Shown here piece after piece: positions 1-12,509 of a stretch of 64,000 bases of DNA (position 1 is its first letter; every line of letters starts with the position of its first letter). The notes beneath the pieces were generated by a model. It searched no databases. It had not been told where the DNA came from and saw only the letters and a program-made list of their open reading frames with translations. Where the stretch lies: NCBI GenBank assembly GCA_015680685.1, contig MNCI01002555.1, positions 691,419 through 755,418 on the forward strand, in the 5' to 3' direction. The stretch is from Gnetum montanum. Taxonomy: Eukaryota > Plantae > Gnetophyta. Position numbers and translations under genes: made by a program.

Positions 1-1028
1 AAGGCGGACGAAAAGCCTCGGCGTATATAGGGATGACTCTAGTTCGCAGGGCAGGCGGAGCGTAGAGAGTATCTGTAGCATACAAGGCTTCCAGCGTAAA
101 AGGGTTTCAGCTCTGGTGCGCAGCGTAAATGTTCTCTGGTATGCTCCGGAATTTTTCCAACCATCCCTGTGGAAGTGGAAAAATCAGGATTTTATACCAG
201 TTTAGGGTGACACGTGACACATTGACCAGGTGCGAAAGCGTAAAATTTACAAGTGTACAACATGTTACATCTGCCAACGTATATGCTGAACGTATATGCT
301 GTTTACGCTAGGGTGTATATGCTAGACGTATATGCTGTGAATGCTGAACGTACACTGTATACGCTGGGGCGTATACGCTGTGAATGCTGAATGTACACTG
401 CATACGGTGGGGCGTATACGTTGTATACGCTGGGCGTAGAGGAATGAAAAGACCATCATTTGGAGCCAAAAATTTGATTTTTGAGTGCCTGAGACCTGCT
501 GGGGACCTTGGGGAAGGTTCTGGGGGGTCTGGACGCTCGATTTTGGCACGTTTGACTCATTTCTAGGGCCCAAAAGTCTGTCTACGCTGGCTGCACCCTG
601 GCGTATACGTTGGGCGTACAGGAATGGAAGACCATCATTTGGAGCCCAAAATTTGATTTTCAAGTGCGTGAGACCTACTGGGAACCTTGGGGAAGGTTCT
701 GGAGGGTCTAGACGCTGCACTTTAGCATGTTTTGATGAGTTTTTGAGCCCTGAAAGTTGCTGTACGCTGGGTCTTACGCTGGGCATGTGTAGGCCAGCGT
801 ACAGGATGCATACTTAGTGAAAACCAAGTATTTTGAGCTCAAGATTTGCCAAGTTTGATGCCGGATGTCATCATAGTCTTCTGTGGATCCCAGGGAACTT
901 TTACTTGCGTTCTTTGACTTCGTTTGATGCTATTTTTGAGGCTTTCAAGCTTGGTCACATTGAGGACCAACATGACTTAGCTTAATTTTTGTCTAGAAGT
1001 GTTAGCCAAAATTTTTTGTGGTGTTTCA
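1..1028 (-). mobile_element. Partial LTR (element H, related to the LTR of element C) inserted into the RNase H region of element C
   Basis: Minus strand starts TGAAACACCACAAAAAATTTTGG, similar to the LTR start at 29560. It abuts RH coding sequence (IPIYYLSHALVAY) with no PPT. Internal ~179-bp subrepeats. Confidence 0.75.
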
Positions 1029-2441
1029 ATAGGCTACTAATGCATGGCTCAAGTAGTAAATAGGGATTTTAGTTCCATCATCATGTTTCTGACAAAGCAT
1101 AGATGCGATAGATGATTCGAATGTTGCAAGGTATATGTAAAATGGTTTATTGTTCTATGGTGGATGAACTGTCAGTAGTTGAGCTAGTGTTGTTTTGATG
1201 TTCTTAAAGGCTTCTTAGCACTGTGGAGTCCATTAAAATTGGACATTCTTGCACAATAAGTGCTGCATAGGCGTCAACTTGTCCATAAGCTTTTCAATGA
1301 AACGTCTGATAAACTGTAATCTACCTTGTAGACGACGAAGTTCAGTAAGGTTGCTAGATGGTTTCATATTTGTTATTACCTTAACCTTATCGGGATCTAC
1401 TCATATCCCTATCTCAGATATGAAGAATCCAAGAATTTTACCTATTTTCAACCCAAGGACACATTTCTTCGGGTTGAGTCTAAGCTCATATTTTAGACAA
1501 CATTTCAGTACCAAGTCTAGATCTTGTACATGTTGCTCAGTTGTTTTTGATTTGACCGCAATGTCATCTACATAGTCATTGAGCGAGTTGAACATGTAAT
1601 CACTAAAGATGAATGTCATCGCTTGTTGATATGTAGCCCCGACGTTCTTGAGACCGAATGGCATCATCGTATAACAAAACCCCATGGCGTCATAAAGGTT
1701 GTCCTGAGTTGATGTTCAGGGTTGATCCTAATTTGGTTGTATCCTGAAAAGTCATCCATAAAGGATAACAATGCATGCCTAGTATTTGAATCGACAAGTT
1801 GATCGATGCTAGGTAGTGGGAAGTCATCTTTTATGGTTGCAATGTTGAGGTCATGGAAGTCAGTACATAGACGAATGCTTCCATTCTTCTTTGGGACTAT
1901 AACCATGTTGGATACCCAATCAGCGTAGTCCACAGCTCGAATGAAGCTAGATTGATAAAGCTTCATGATCTCATTGCTAACTGCCAATGCTACTTCAAGC
2001 TTGACCTTGCGTGCTTTTTGTTTCACTGGTCTTAGTTTTAGATCAAGTATAATGTTATGCTAGACTATTTGAGGGTTGAGCCTAGGCATGTCAGTGTAAG
2101 ACAAAGAGAATGCTTTCATGTTGTCTTTTAGCACTCGATTTATGTCACTGGCAAGTTGTGGACTTAACAGAGTACTTAGTTTTAAAATTTTAACCTTGCC
2201 ATCTGACGTAGTTATTGGGACTTCTACTAGGGGATCTTCTGTGATGTTATCAGCTTCTAGGTCCAGAGATTTTGTCATTCCTTTAAAGCAATCTAGTGTT
2301 TCTTGGGTTGATGCCACTATATTATCGTATGTTGGGGAGTCAAAATCAATGGACTCTAGATTGATTTCTCATTTAATTGCTCCATGTGGTCCATTGATAT
2401 ACAACGGTATGAAGAGTTGCTTGCTATCCATGTATTTGCTC
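1029..2441 (-). pseudogene. pol: pol fragment (reverse transcriptase and start of RNase H) of element C
   Basis: ORFs 1401-2317 contain IRLCTDFHDLN, DDFPLPSIDQLVD, FMDDFSGYNQI, MPFGLKN and YVDD; frameshifted. Confidence 0.9.
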
Positions 2442-2569
2442 CTGCTAATGAAATAGGGAGCTATGTCAGCAAGGGTGAGTTTTCTTCTTCTTCTTCTTTT
2501 TAAGGAATTGATTTTACATTTAAATGTAACCAATGGTACACCAAGGGTAGTTTACCATCATGCCTGGAT

Positions 2570-2660
2570 GTATGGCAGTTTAAGGCTGTACCGGGCTGGG
2601 GTGGCAGTTTAAGGCCATACCGGGCCATGAGTGGTAGTTTAAGGCCATGTTGGGCCATGC
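2570..2660. repeat. ~29-bp degenerate tandem repeat (GGCAGTTTAAGGCCAT core) at the RT-proximal end of the intron of C
   Basis: Three units visible. Confidence 0.7.
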
Positions 2661-3689
2661 GTGTGTACAAGAATTTGAAATTTTTTTTATTTTATATTTT
2701 TTTTTATTTTTAAGGTTTGGGCATTGATAAAAGAAAAAGGGGTCAATGTAACTAAAAGTAAATATGTTATTTTATTTTGTAATTTTTATATTATTTTATT
2801 TTTTATTTTAAAATTTTTACTTTTAAGGTGTGAGCATTTTACCTAGGAGGTTAGCGTCAAAACAACATGGTAAAGGCAATAAAAGTAATGCTTTAAATAT
2901 AATAAAATAAAGGGAGAGAATTAAAAAGGTTTGACCAGTAAAAGTAAAAGTCATTTCATCATTTTATAGTGTGAGTATTGGAAACCAGGCAACAGTGGCA
3001 GCATAAGCAAGGTGGGTAGTGTACAGCTGGCATTAGAGGTAGAATCAAAGTGTCTGCAGTAGTGTAGAGTGTCCCGGAGGGGACCGTGCCTAAGTACAAC
3101 ACCAAAATCTATAGCATTCGGAGCTAGATTTGTAGCTACAACGTCCAGATCTACAATGTACAGGGCAAAATGGGTAGAGGCAAACAAGATGAGGGTAAGG
3201 AAAAGAAGGAGGTGATGCTATCATTTTTGGAGGAAAGCGAGGAGATGCTTCAACACCTTCCTCAGCCCAGGATCCCTTCATGGATAGAGTCTGTGTGCAA
3301 GTACGCTCCTATTTCATATTTTATTCGTCTTTTCCTTGTTGTTTTCTGTTGCTATTTCCCTTTGTACAGCATAAACATCCCTGTACCCTGGGCGTTTACA
3401 GCATGTGTAAGAAACAGCCTATTTTGGGATGAATGTTTTCATGTGAATGGTGTCTTCTACGTGATTTAATTTCCTTAACACGAGTAGTTAATTTCTGAAC
3501 TACGTTTTTTAGGTGTATTTTATTTTTGTAGTTTTAGGGAGGGCTATGGTTTCTACTATTTTCTTTTGTTTACCCTGCCATGAATTGCAGGGTTTGCATT
3601 CCTAGTTTCAGTTGCAATTCCACTGCTTATACATGAGGGTTTTGAATGTCTATTTTTGAGATCGTGGAAGAAATAGAATAGCGTGAATA

Positions 3690-5020
3690 CCTATCCTTGG
3701 TTGTCTAGTGTGCATGTATGGCCCATAAATCATAGGTATTTCTTGGCTTAATTAGCGTGAGTTCATAGGCAGAATTATCATTGTTGTGCGTACAGGACCT
3801 CATGGCTCAAAGATCAACGTGAATGCGGTGGAAAGATTAACATTAGCATGAGTACAGGACTGAGCATTAGGGTGAGTGCATGTCCCAACATCAGCGTGAG
3901 TTCATAGAGTCAAAATCTGCATTAATAAGGGGCCAGAATTAGTGTGAGGGTAAGTACAAAACCATGGCAGCATGAGTTTATGACGAGTGAGTGAATATTC
4001 TAGCGTGAGTGTAAAATTATTGTTAGCATGAATATAGGCCTCATTCAGTATTAGCGTGAGTATGTGGGTTTTCACAAACCAGTGTGAATAGTTTGGCTTT
4101 GTTTCAATACTCAGCGTAAATTTTGGCTTTGTTTGCATACGTCATGTACGCCACGGTATGGCCAATGCACGGACTTGAACTGGGATGTATGCAAACACAT
4201 GGCCCTGCATAGAAATGAATTGAGATGTGCATACGGTACGGCCAATGTGCATAACTAAAATGGCTAGGAAACTTTAAGTTATGCAGTTTAGTTGTAATGA
4301 CCAAGTCCGCTAGCGTCCACCTTGATGCTCTTGCCAACCTAGGCCTCCTGCAATCTCATACGCATAATTGAACTAGGATGTATCCATGCACGAATACAAT
4401 TCTTGGTACTTAGGTCTCCTACCACCTAGAGGCCTTCTATTTTAGGGCTTTCATTTCATTGCGCATTATGATGACGGACTTGAAAAACATGTGGTTTTTT
4501 CCTAGCCTGACGTAAAGTATGATTAGTTTGGCTTTATTTGCATATGCCACGTGAGTGAATCGGGCTTCCTTAATAGCATGAGTGTGCTTTGGCCTTCCAC
4601 AATAGCATGAGTTTGCCCTGGCCCAACAGCTTGAGTGAAATATTCTGGCCTTATCGTGCCTAATTTCAGTATGCAACGTGAGCATGAGTTGTTGCCCTCG
4701 TTTCTATTGTAGTGTGAGTTGTTGCCTTCGTTTCTATTGCAACGTGAGTTGTTTCCCTCTTTTCTATTACAGCGTGAGTAGCCATCTTTATGGCCATGGG
4801 TATTGATAGCATGAGCTATTGTAGAACTCTATCAACGTGAGTTAGGCCTCAACTTGGCAGCATGGGCTATTGAACCAAAATCAGCATGACTTAGGCCTCT
4901 AATTTGGGTAGTGTGAGTGGTGGTATTGTTGTTGATACCCAGTGTGAGTATTTTTCTTCATACTCAGCGTGAGTTTCTGTACCCTTAGCATGAGTAGAGC
5001 CTTTTATTTTCAGTGTGAGT
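3690..5020. repeat. Dispersed array of (C)AGCGTGAGT motifs and their deaminated variants
   Basis: Dozens of AGCGTGAG/AGCATGAG/AGTGTGAG copies, spaced about 25-45 bp apart. Confidence 0.75.
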
Positions 5021-5345
5021 TTTGGTTTATTTTATCGCTACTCACTACCACTCTATGCGCCAAAGATTCACGATTCCGAAAAACTTTTCATGAACTGTTC
5101 GGGTCGGATTCAGGAGCATGGACAGAAGCGCAGTAAATTCGCAATGGGTACATATTTCATAATTTCCAATGAAATTTTGTCTATATTTGTACTTATACAT
5201 TGAAATGGTCACCTTGCATTAAAATCTTACATATCTTCTCCTATTCTGAATCATACCAAAAATTTCATTTCATTGTTAAGTGGCAAGCAAGCAATCAAGA
5301 TTCGTGGCATCAGCATGAGATAGATCATAGAAAACAAGGGATTAC

Positions 5346-6748
5346 TAAAACACCATAAAATTTTTGAGGCCTCGATGGTTCGGTGAAATCTAGCGACTCA
5401 GGTGAGGAGTCGCGACAAGGCACGACAAATGAACTTCAAGAGATAGAACAAAATGATGGGTGCATGGTGGTAAGCCTTCCACTTTGCGAGTTTTCTATGT
5501 CTCAAAATCTCAACATTCAACATATTACACTACATTACGCAACATAGCATAATGCTGCGTTATGCAGCATAATATCAAAGACAGTCAACCACGGCATCAA
5601 AGATGGCAAACATTCAAGACTCCAACAACCCAGCTCAAGGCTTAAGCAATGATCTGTAGCATGCTGCACATTTCAACAGGTTTTCTTTCCTATTTAAGGG
5701 GCCCATTATGCTGTGTTACACAGTGCGGCATAATAAAACCCTGAAAGGGATTGATCAGAAACAGAGGAAGCGCAGCGTCAATACTTCAATTTTTTGTGGT
5801 TTCGTTATTTTACGCTGAATCACGCTATGATGCGTAATGTAGTGTAACGCAGCGTAATACAAGTAATGACAGCATAATTTAGCCATCATTTAATTCATAC
5901 ACCACAATATGCTCTCTAGTGTATTGTGGTGTAATCAAAAGATAGTTTGTTGCCAGAGTCTAAACAATAGTGGTTCGCGACGCACTACACAGCATGGCAT
6001 CACAAGCTTAAGCGACAACACGTCAAGTCAACGACATCTTATAAGTTCAGGACACGCATCATCTAAACTGCATTTTTCTCTTGACCTTAACCTTATAAAT
6101 GCCCCAGTTGACAAAGATCAAAGGGTTGGCAAAAATTTCTCTTTCAAGGTTGGCAAGAGAGCAAAAAAGAGGACCAACGATCATGAGAACATCGGAGGCA
6201 ATTGGCAAGAACTCTTGATTAGAAACAATCGGCTACTAGATATTCTTCCTCGGGTCTCACTACCTTGCGCCCAGATTGGCTAGAACAAGGTAGATTGACC
6301 CTCGCTTGTTTCATCTTTAGATAACTTTCTTGCTATTGACATGTGCTTTGTCCAAATCGAAGCCCGCTTATAATCATTATATCCAACATGTTGTATTCAT
6401 AAATTAAATCCCAGATCTTGTGGTTGCACTCTCGCACTCTCTATAAATCTGATTCCTTGTGTCCTATTTATACAGATTTGGCAATTGCATCTGAATTATT
6501 TACATCATTTTCAATTTTTTTCGGGATTAACAATATTGCATCTCCTCTTAAAGACTTATCATTTTGCCATTAAACTATTGCAAAAAATTTTATTGATTAA
6601 CTAAGTCCCTATTTGATTGACAAGACCGTTCAGGGCACCTTGGATTAATTTCTTTCTCTAGCACTGCCCTCACATAGATCTGAGGTTAGAACTGTGTACA
6701 TGGACCTTCATTCGGTATTTCCAGTGACCGACGTTTTCTGTCATCATA
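5346..6748 (+). repeat. 5' LTR of element A
   Basis: Aligns end to end with 20297-21700. Termini are mutated (TG to TA, CA to TA). Confidence 0.92.
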
Positions 6749-6754
6749 GTTTTT

Positions 6755-6771
6755 TGGCACTAGAAGGAGGG
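6755..6771 (+). promoter_or_regulatory. Primer binding site, tRNA-Asn type (TGGCACTAGAAGGAGGG)
   Basis: Lies just downstream of the LTR. Complementary to the 3' end of plant tRNA-Asn(GUU), ...CCCTCCTTCTAGCGCCA, with one mismatch. Confidence 0.85.
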
Positions 6772-7007
6772 CTTTCATAGCTGATCTGCATTTTATGGGT
6801 AGTCTTGTAAGCTGTCTATACCACCCATTGTCAATCAACGTAAACGTAATACTTCCAAGGCTGTTTACGAAATTGTGTGGTGCAGATCAGTCGCATCGAT
6901 GATTCCTTTGGAATCCTACAAGATAGAAAGCCCCGATTATTATCTTAGGTTGCCTTTGTCCTTCCCATCTTTACCTTTATCATCATTATTTCTGAATCAT
7001 GTAGAAA

Positions 7008-10000
7008 ATGGTTACATCAACCACATCCAACCTAGAAAATCCCTAGACCATGCAAGTTACACTTCCGGTGGTCGAGCTTCCAACTAGTCCAACATGACAA
7101 TGTCGCTTCCTCAGGATCCAAAACAAAGAGCTTGAGGAACACGCTCAGAGAAAAGAACACTACAATTTCCTCTGTGCTAAGCTGGTGGCAAACCTACCCA
7201 TTTATCCATAAGAACTCGAGGAAAAATGAGAGTACAAGTTCATGTACTGCAACAGGAAGGAATTTATTCCTTCACCTAACACCAATGTGCCCTTGACAGA
7301 TCAACAAAAGTGGATCCTAGATCAAATGTTGATGGCAAAAACATTGCTAGGATAACTAGAGGTCTTGTTCCATGATGAAATGCTTCACGACGGGCAAGAT
7401 GATCTAGAATCTCACTCTGAAGGAGGTAGTCATGCTGATTTCACCATGGCTCCTCCCTCCACAATGTCCGGCATAAATCCGCTATTCATGGTTACCATGC
7501 CCCTAACACTATCCAATACCAATCAGCTCCTGCATTTGCCGTGCTTATACTTTCTTTCTTCAACTATCTTCCTGGGAGACGGTCCTTCACAGATCATTCC
7601 CCAGCAGGTACAATTACCTAATCCAACTCATCATACGCCTGCGCCTGTATCACCACATGTGCACACGATACCTACATCGCAACTACCTACAACACCAACC
7701 TTGCACCCAACCCACATGATGGAGCCTACCACCACAACATGATGGGCTCCCAACATGTCTCTTTTTGCCCATCCTGCATAAATGCATCATCATCCCCATC
7801 ATCAAAGTCAAGTCCCACAAGCGCTAAACCCAGCTACAGGATCACTGTGCATGCCCCCAATTACACAAACAACATACCCAATGGCACAACCGACGGTGGT
7901 TGCTCCATCAACACTAAGCACTGGATGGTGGATTCCACAAGCAACACTGCCTACAGGGACTATCCCGATGGCACTGACCATCGGCCAAGCTGCTGCCTCA
8001 ATTTTTCCACCCAATGTGGCTCCTCCCGCCGTTCCACAAATGACCTCATCATATACAGGTCTAGATCAAGCCTTCCAGCTCATTCAGACTCTTACAGGGG
8101 AGGTCAAGCATCTCAAGGCTGCTGGTTCTGATGCGGTATAAGTCATGGACTTCTACCATGACGATCCTATTAGTCCAGCAGTTTCAATGTTGTTGTTGCC
8201 ACCTGGGATGCCCCTTCCTCATTTCACAAAATACAATGGGGAAGGTGATCCCAACATCCACCTCATCACTTTTAGGTCAAATTCCTTATTGTTGCAACAA
8301 TGGCCACATACTATAATCCATGTCTTTGCTATGTCCTTAATGGGTAATGCTTTGGATTGGTATCGAGCACTTCCACGTGCCTCCATTTCAACTTTGGAAG
8401 AGCTGCTAACCCAGTTTGTGACTTGTTTCAAATACAACTTGAAGCCAGAAGTCACACTGGACTAGCTCATGGGAGTCAAACAAGACCTGCTCGAGTCGGT
8501 CCAAAAGTTCATACAGCGTTGGAGCCACCTTGAATGAGATCTGTGAACCCATCACAAAGGCCCATCTACTGGAAATCTTCAAGGAAGCAGTCAACGACTT
8601 TATCAAGTCTAAGCTATATTACCTCACTCCTCATTCCCTCAGCCAAGCCTTTGCTTAGACTAAGAGCATCCAAGATGTGGTGGAGGCTAGTAAAGATCTA
8701 GTGTATGTGGTCTACAAGAATGCCCATGGCAAGGGTAAGGACAAAGGAAAAGCTACTACAACGATAGTAGTGGCGGTTACTGAAGGGGCCAAGAAGAAAA
8801 ACAACAACAACAAGAAAACAACTGTAGAGCCAGTCGAGCTAACAACTAGCTCTGATGGTACCAATCAAGAAGCTCCTTCAACCCCCGGAGCACCTCCACA
8901 ACCAAGGCCAAAATTTGAGTGTAAAGACCACTCAAATTATGCATCTTTACCTATGAAGCCTTCAGAACTTCTGAAGCAATTACTGGGAACTGGTCACATC
9001 TGACACAAGGCTATGTTCAAGGAGGCTCTAAAACATCACAGGCGCCATTGTGAGTTACTCAAGAACCCCTCCTTGGCCCAAACTAATGAACTACCCATTC
9101 CCAAGAATTTTAAGCTAGACTGATTCTGCGACTACCATCAACTATGTGGTCATGACACGGATTACTGTTGGGCATTGAAAGATGAAATTCAACGTATGAT
9201 TGATCAAGGTGACCTGATCTTAGACAATAGTAGTCTAGCTCACCCAGAAAACCAAGCCATGCATGTGTACCAAGACTCATTAAATGTGAACAACGCAGGG
9301 TACACAATTAACGCAATAGGAGCAAAGGGTGATGATCAGGCGTAGCTGAAATAGCCTTTCATGTTGCGAACATATCCTCGCTCTCCCCAAATAATGGATC
9401 CATCAGCATCGGTGAGCAGTGCTCCAAGGAAACCTTTTATCCTTAGAGGCCTCTCCTAGAAAACTTCTAGACAGCCCCCTATCGGTAAAGCCGTGGCCCA
9501 GCCCGTGCCTACCCCTAAGGCTCCTTTTGTCATCAGGGTGTCAAAACCATTAACTTTCCCTCCTATTCAAGGGCACACCTCCAAGCCAATCTCCCGATCT
9601 CAACTTAACGAAAAAGGAGAAGAAAGGATGACAACTGGTACGGCCAAGGACTGTCTTATGCTGGGGTTTCCCAAGCCTAAACCCCTTCCTTCTATACCCT
9701 TGGCCCGATCTTCTAAAAATGGAAAAATTACATGAACGCAACCATCTCCTCCTAGCCAAAAGAAACATAGCCCTCGACTGAATGTCACTCCNNNNNNNNN
9801 NNNNNNNNNNNNNNNNNNNNNNNNNNNNNNNNNNAACCAAGGCCAAAATTTGAGTGTAAAGACCACTCAAATTATGCATCTTTACCTATGAAGCCTTCAG
9901 AACTTCTGAAGCAATTACTGGGAACTGGTCACATCTGACACAAGGCTATGTTCAAGGAGGCTCTAAAACATCACAGGCGCCATTGTGAGTTACTCAAGAA

Positions 10001-11693
10001 CCCCTCCTTGGCCCAAACTAATGAACTACCCATTCCCAAGAATTTTAAGCTAGACTGATTCTGCGACTACCATCAACTATGTGGTCATGACACGGATTAC
10101 TGTTGGGCATTGAAAGATGAAATTCAACGTATGATTGATCAAGGTGACCTGATCTTAGACAATAGTAGTCTAGCTCACCCAGAAAACCAAGCCATGCATG
10201 TGTACCAAGACTCATTAAATGTGAACAACGCAGGGTACACAATTAACGCAATAGGAGCAAAGGGTGATGATCAGGCGTAGCTGAAATAGCCTTTCATGTT
10301 GCGAACATATCCTCGCTCTCCCCAAATAATGGATCCATCAGCATCGGTGAGCAGTGCTCCAAGGAAACCTTTTATCCTTAGAGGCCTCTCCTAGAAAACT
10401 TCTAGACAGCCCCCTATCGGTAAAGCCGTGGCCCAGCCCGTGCCTACCCCTAAGGCTCCTTTTGTCATCAGGGTGTCAAAACCATTAACTTTCCCTCCTA
10501 TTCAAGGGCACACCTCCAAGCCAATCTCCCGATCTCAACTTAACGAAAAAGGAGAAGAAAGGATGACAACTGGTACGGCCAAGGACTGTCTTATGCTGGG
10601 GTTTCCCAAGCCTAAACCCCTTCCTTCTATACCCTTGGCCCGATCTTCTAAAAATGGAAAAATTACATGAACGCAACCATCTCCTCCTAGCCAAAAGAAA
10701 CATAGCCCTCGACTGAATGTCACTCCTCCCCAAGAAATTCGTGTCCTAGAACGAATGGAAGAGGAAAAGGGCGATAAGCAGCCAGATCATGGGCGGGATC
10801 TCTTCGACGCCTTTACACAAGTCAAACAGGCTCTAAAATAGAAAAATACAACATTGAGCCTTTATGACTTACTCATGACATCACAGAAACATCGTGAGGC
10901 TACAGTTCGCATGCTAACGTCCATACCCATGGATGAAAGCCTACTGGTGGATGAAGAAGCGATTCATTCCATTATGCTTCCTCTCGCAGCTGAGAAACCT
11001 AGGCCTTCCTTATTGATCTTCCACAATGAATCCATTAAGGATGACCCGAAAAAGGGTCAGGTGACAATGGCGTCCATGTTCATCACCATCTGGGTTGGCC
11101 AATACCGAATTCAGAGGGTGCATGTGGATGATGGGGAAACCACTAATGTCATCCCATATCCCATAGTGGATAAGCTAGGCCTAATCGATCAGATCATTCC
11201 TACCACGATGTCATGTTTAAAGTCATTCAACGGGGCACAAGTGCAAGTTAAAGGCACATTGCACATCAACTTTGTGGTAGGGGAACAGTTCCCCACAGAC
11301 GCGATGTTTATTGTCATCGAAGAGATTCCTGGTTTCAACTTGATCCTGGGGAGGTCTTAGCTGGCTCAACTAAGGGCAGTTTCATCACCTATCCATCGAG
11401 AAATCCATCTTCCCTACATAGGAAGAGAAGTGATCATCCACGGTGATGAAATAACCGCTCAGGCTGTTAACAACATAGAAACAGAACAGGGGTCAGAAAT
11501 TGAAATGTTTGAAGATCAGTCCCTTATCTGAATACTTGAACAAGCCAAAACAGTGGCTAATGATAGCCTAACTTGGGTTGAACTACCATTCCCAGAGGAA
11601 GAATGTGATGTGGAAAAAAAGGATCGTAAATCCCCTCGTCTTTATGCATCACTAAAAATAAAAGAGATCAAGAAGCAATTATAGGGCTAGCCA
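7008..11693 (+). pseudogene. gag: gag-protease of element A
   Basis: Capsid motif FTKYNGEGDPNIHL...ALDWYRALP; knuckle FCDYHQLCGHDTDYC; protease RVHVDDG...FNLILGR; many stops. Confidence 0.88.
8900..10726. other. Exact ~890-bp duplication flanking a 43-N gap (probable assembly overlap artefact)
   Basis: 8900-9791 is identical to 9835-10726 (offset 935), with Ns at 9792-9834. Confidence 0.85.
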
Positions 11694-11919
11694 GTAAGCT
11701 TGGTCATCTAACTGTCGTCCAGTTTACGTGTATTTTCTTTCATCATGTTATCACATCTTTGCTTTACAAACACTCATCTTATTTTTATGCTTACTCTTAT
11801 TCCTTGTGCTTCCACCAGCTGTTCTCATTTATGCTTATGTTTTTTACATTCCCACTAGTTATCTTGGTTATTCTTAACTTTATCTAAAAATTAATCATGT
11901 ATGCTTTGCACCTGAGTCC

Positions 11920-12380
11920 TCCATGGCCCGCAATGACCTTAAACTATTCAGGGCCCGAAACAGCCTTAAACTACCCATGGCCCGCAATGGCATTAAACTA
12001 TTCAGGGCTCGAAACGTCCTTAAACTACCCATGGCCCACAATGGCCTTAAACTATTCAGTGCCCGAAATGGCCTAAAACTAATCATAGCCTGCCATGGCT
12101 TAAAAATGGCTATTTAATGTTATTTATCCTTTCACACACCACATATGTCCAAAGCCCAAAATGACCTAAAACTATACATGGCCCAAAATGGCCTAAAACT
12201 ATCTATTTAAATCATAGTTTACGCCTGAACTAATCAAAGGCCTGAAACAGCCTAAAACTAGTTACCGTATTTATGCTTTACACCTAAATTATCTATTAGG
12301 TCGCAATGACTTTAAACTAGTAATTTCATTTACGCTACATGCTTAAAACTATCTGTCATTCCTTATAGCATCAAAACCTA
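11920..12380. repeat. 27-bp tandem repeat (AATGGCCTTAAACTATTCAGGGCCCGA) with alternating 54-bp higher-order unit, degenerating downstream
   Basis: Directly visible. Reverse-complement homolog at 50065-50620. Confidence 0.85.
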
Positions 12381-12509
12381 ATTATTTATGCTTTACATAA
12401 AATGAAAACAACAAAAGAACATTAACTTAGACCAAATTTGCATTAAAGTGTCAAAGAAAAATATTGTCTTTCCCATCATAAAAAATGAATTGTGGCTAGT
12501 ATCGCCACA

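Noticed and set aside
1-1028. Possible 3' LTR of element C
   Set aside because: It abuts mid-RNase H coding sequence with no INT or PPT and is only moderately similar to the C 5' LTR.
5909-6283. 124-133 aa ORFs repeated at 20875-21276
   Set aside because: They lie inside the LTRs; the similarity is just LTR identity and there are no protein motifs.
8900-10726. Tandem duplication of part of gag, including the zinc knuckle
   Set aside because: The two copies are identical and separated by an N gap in an otherwise heavily mutated element, which points to a scaffolding artefact.
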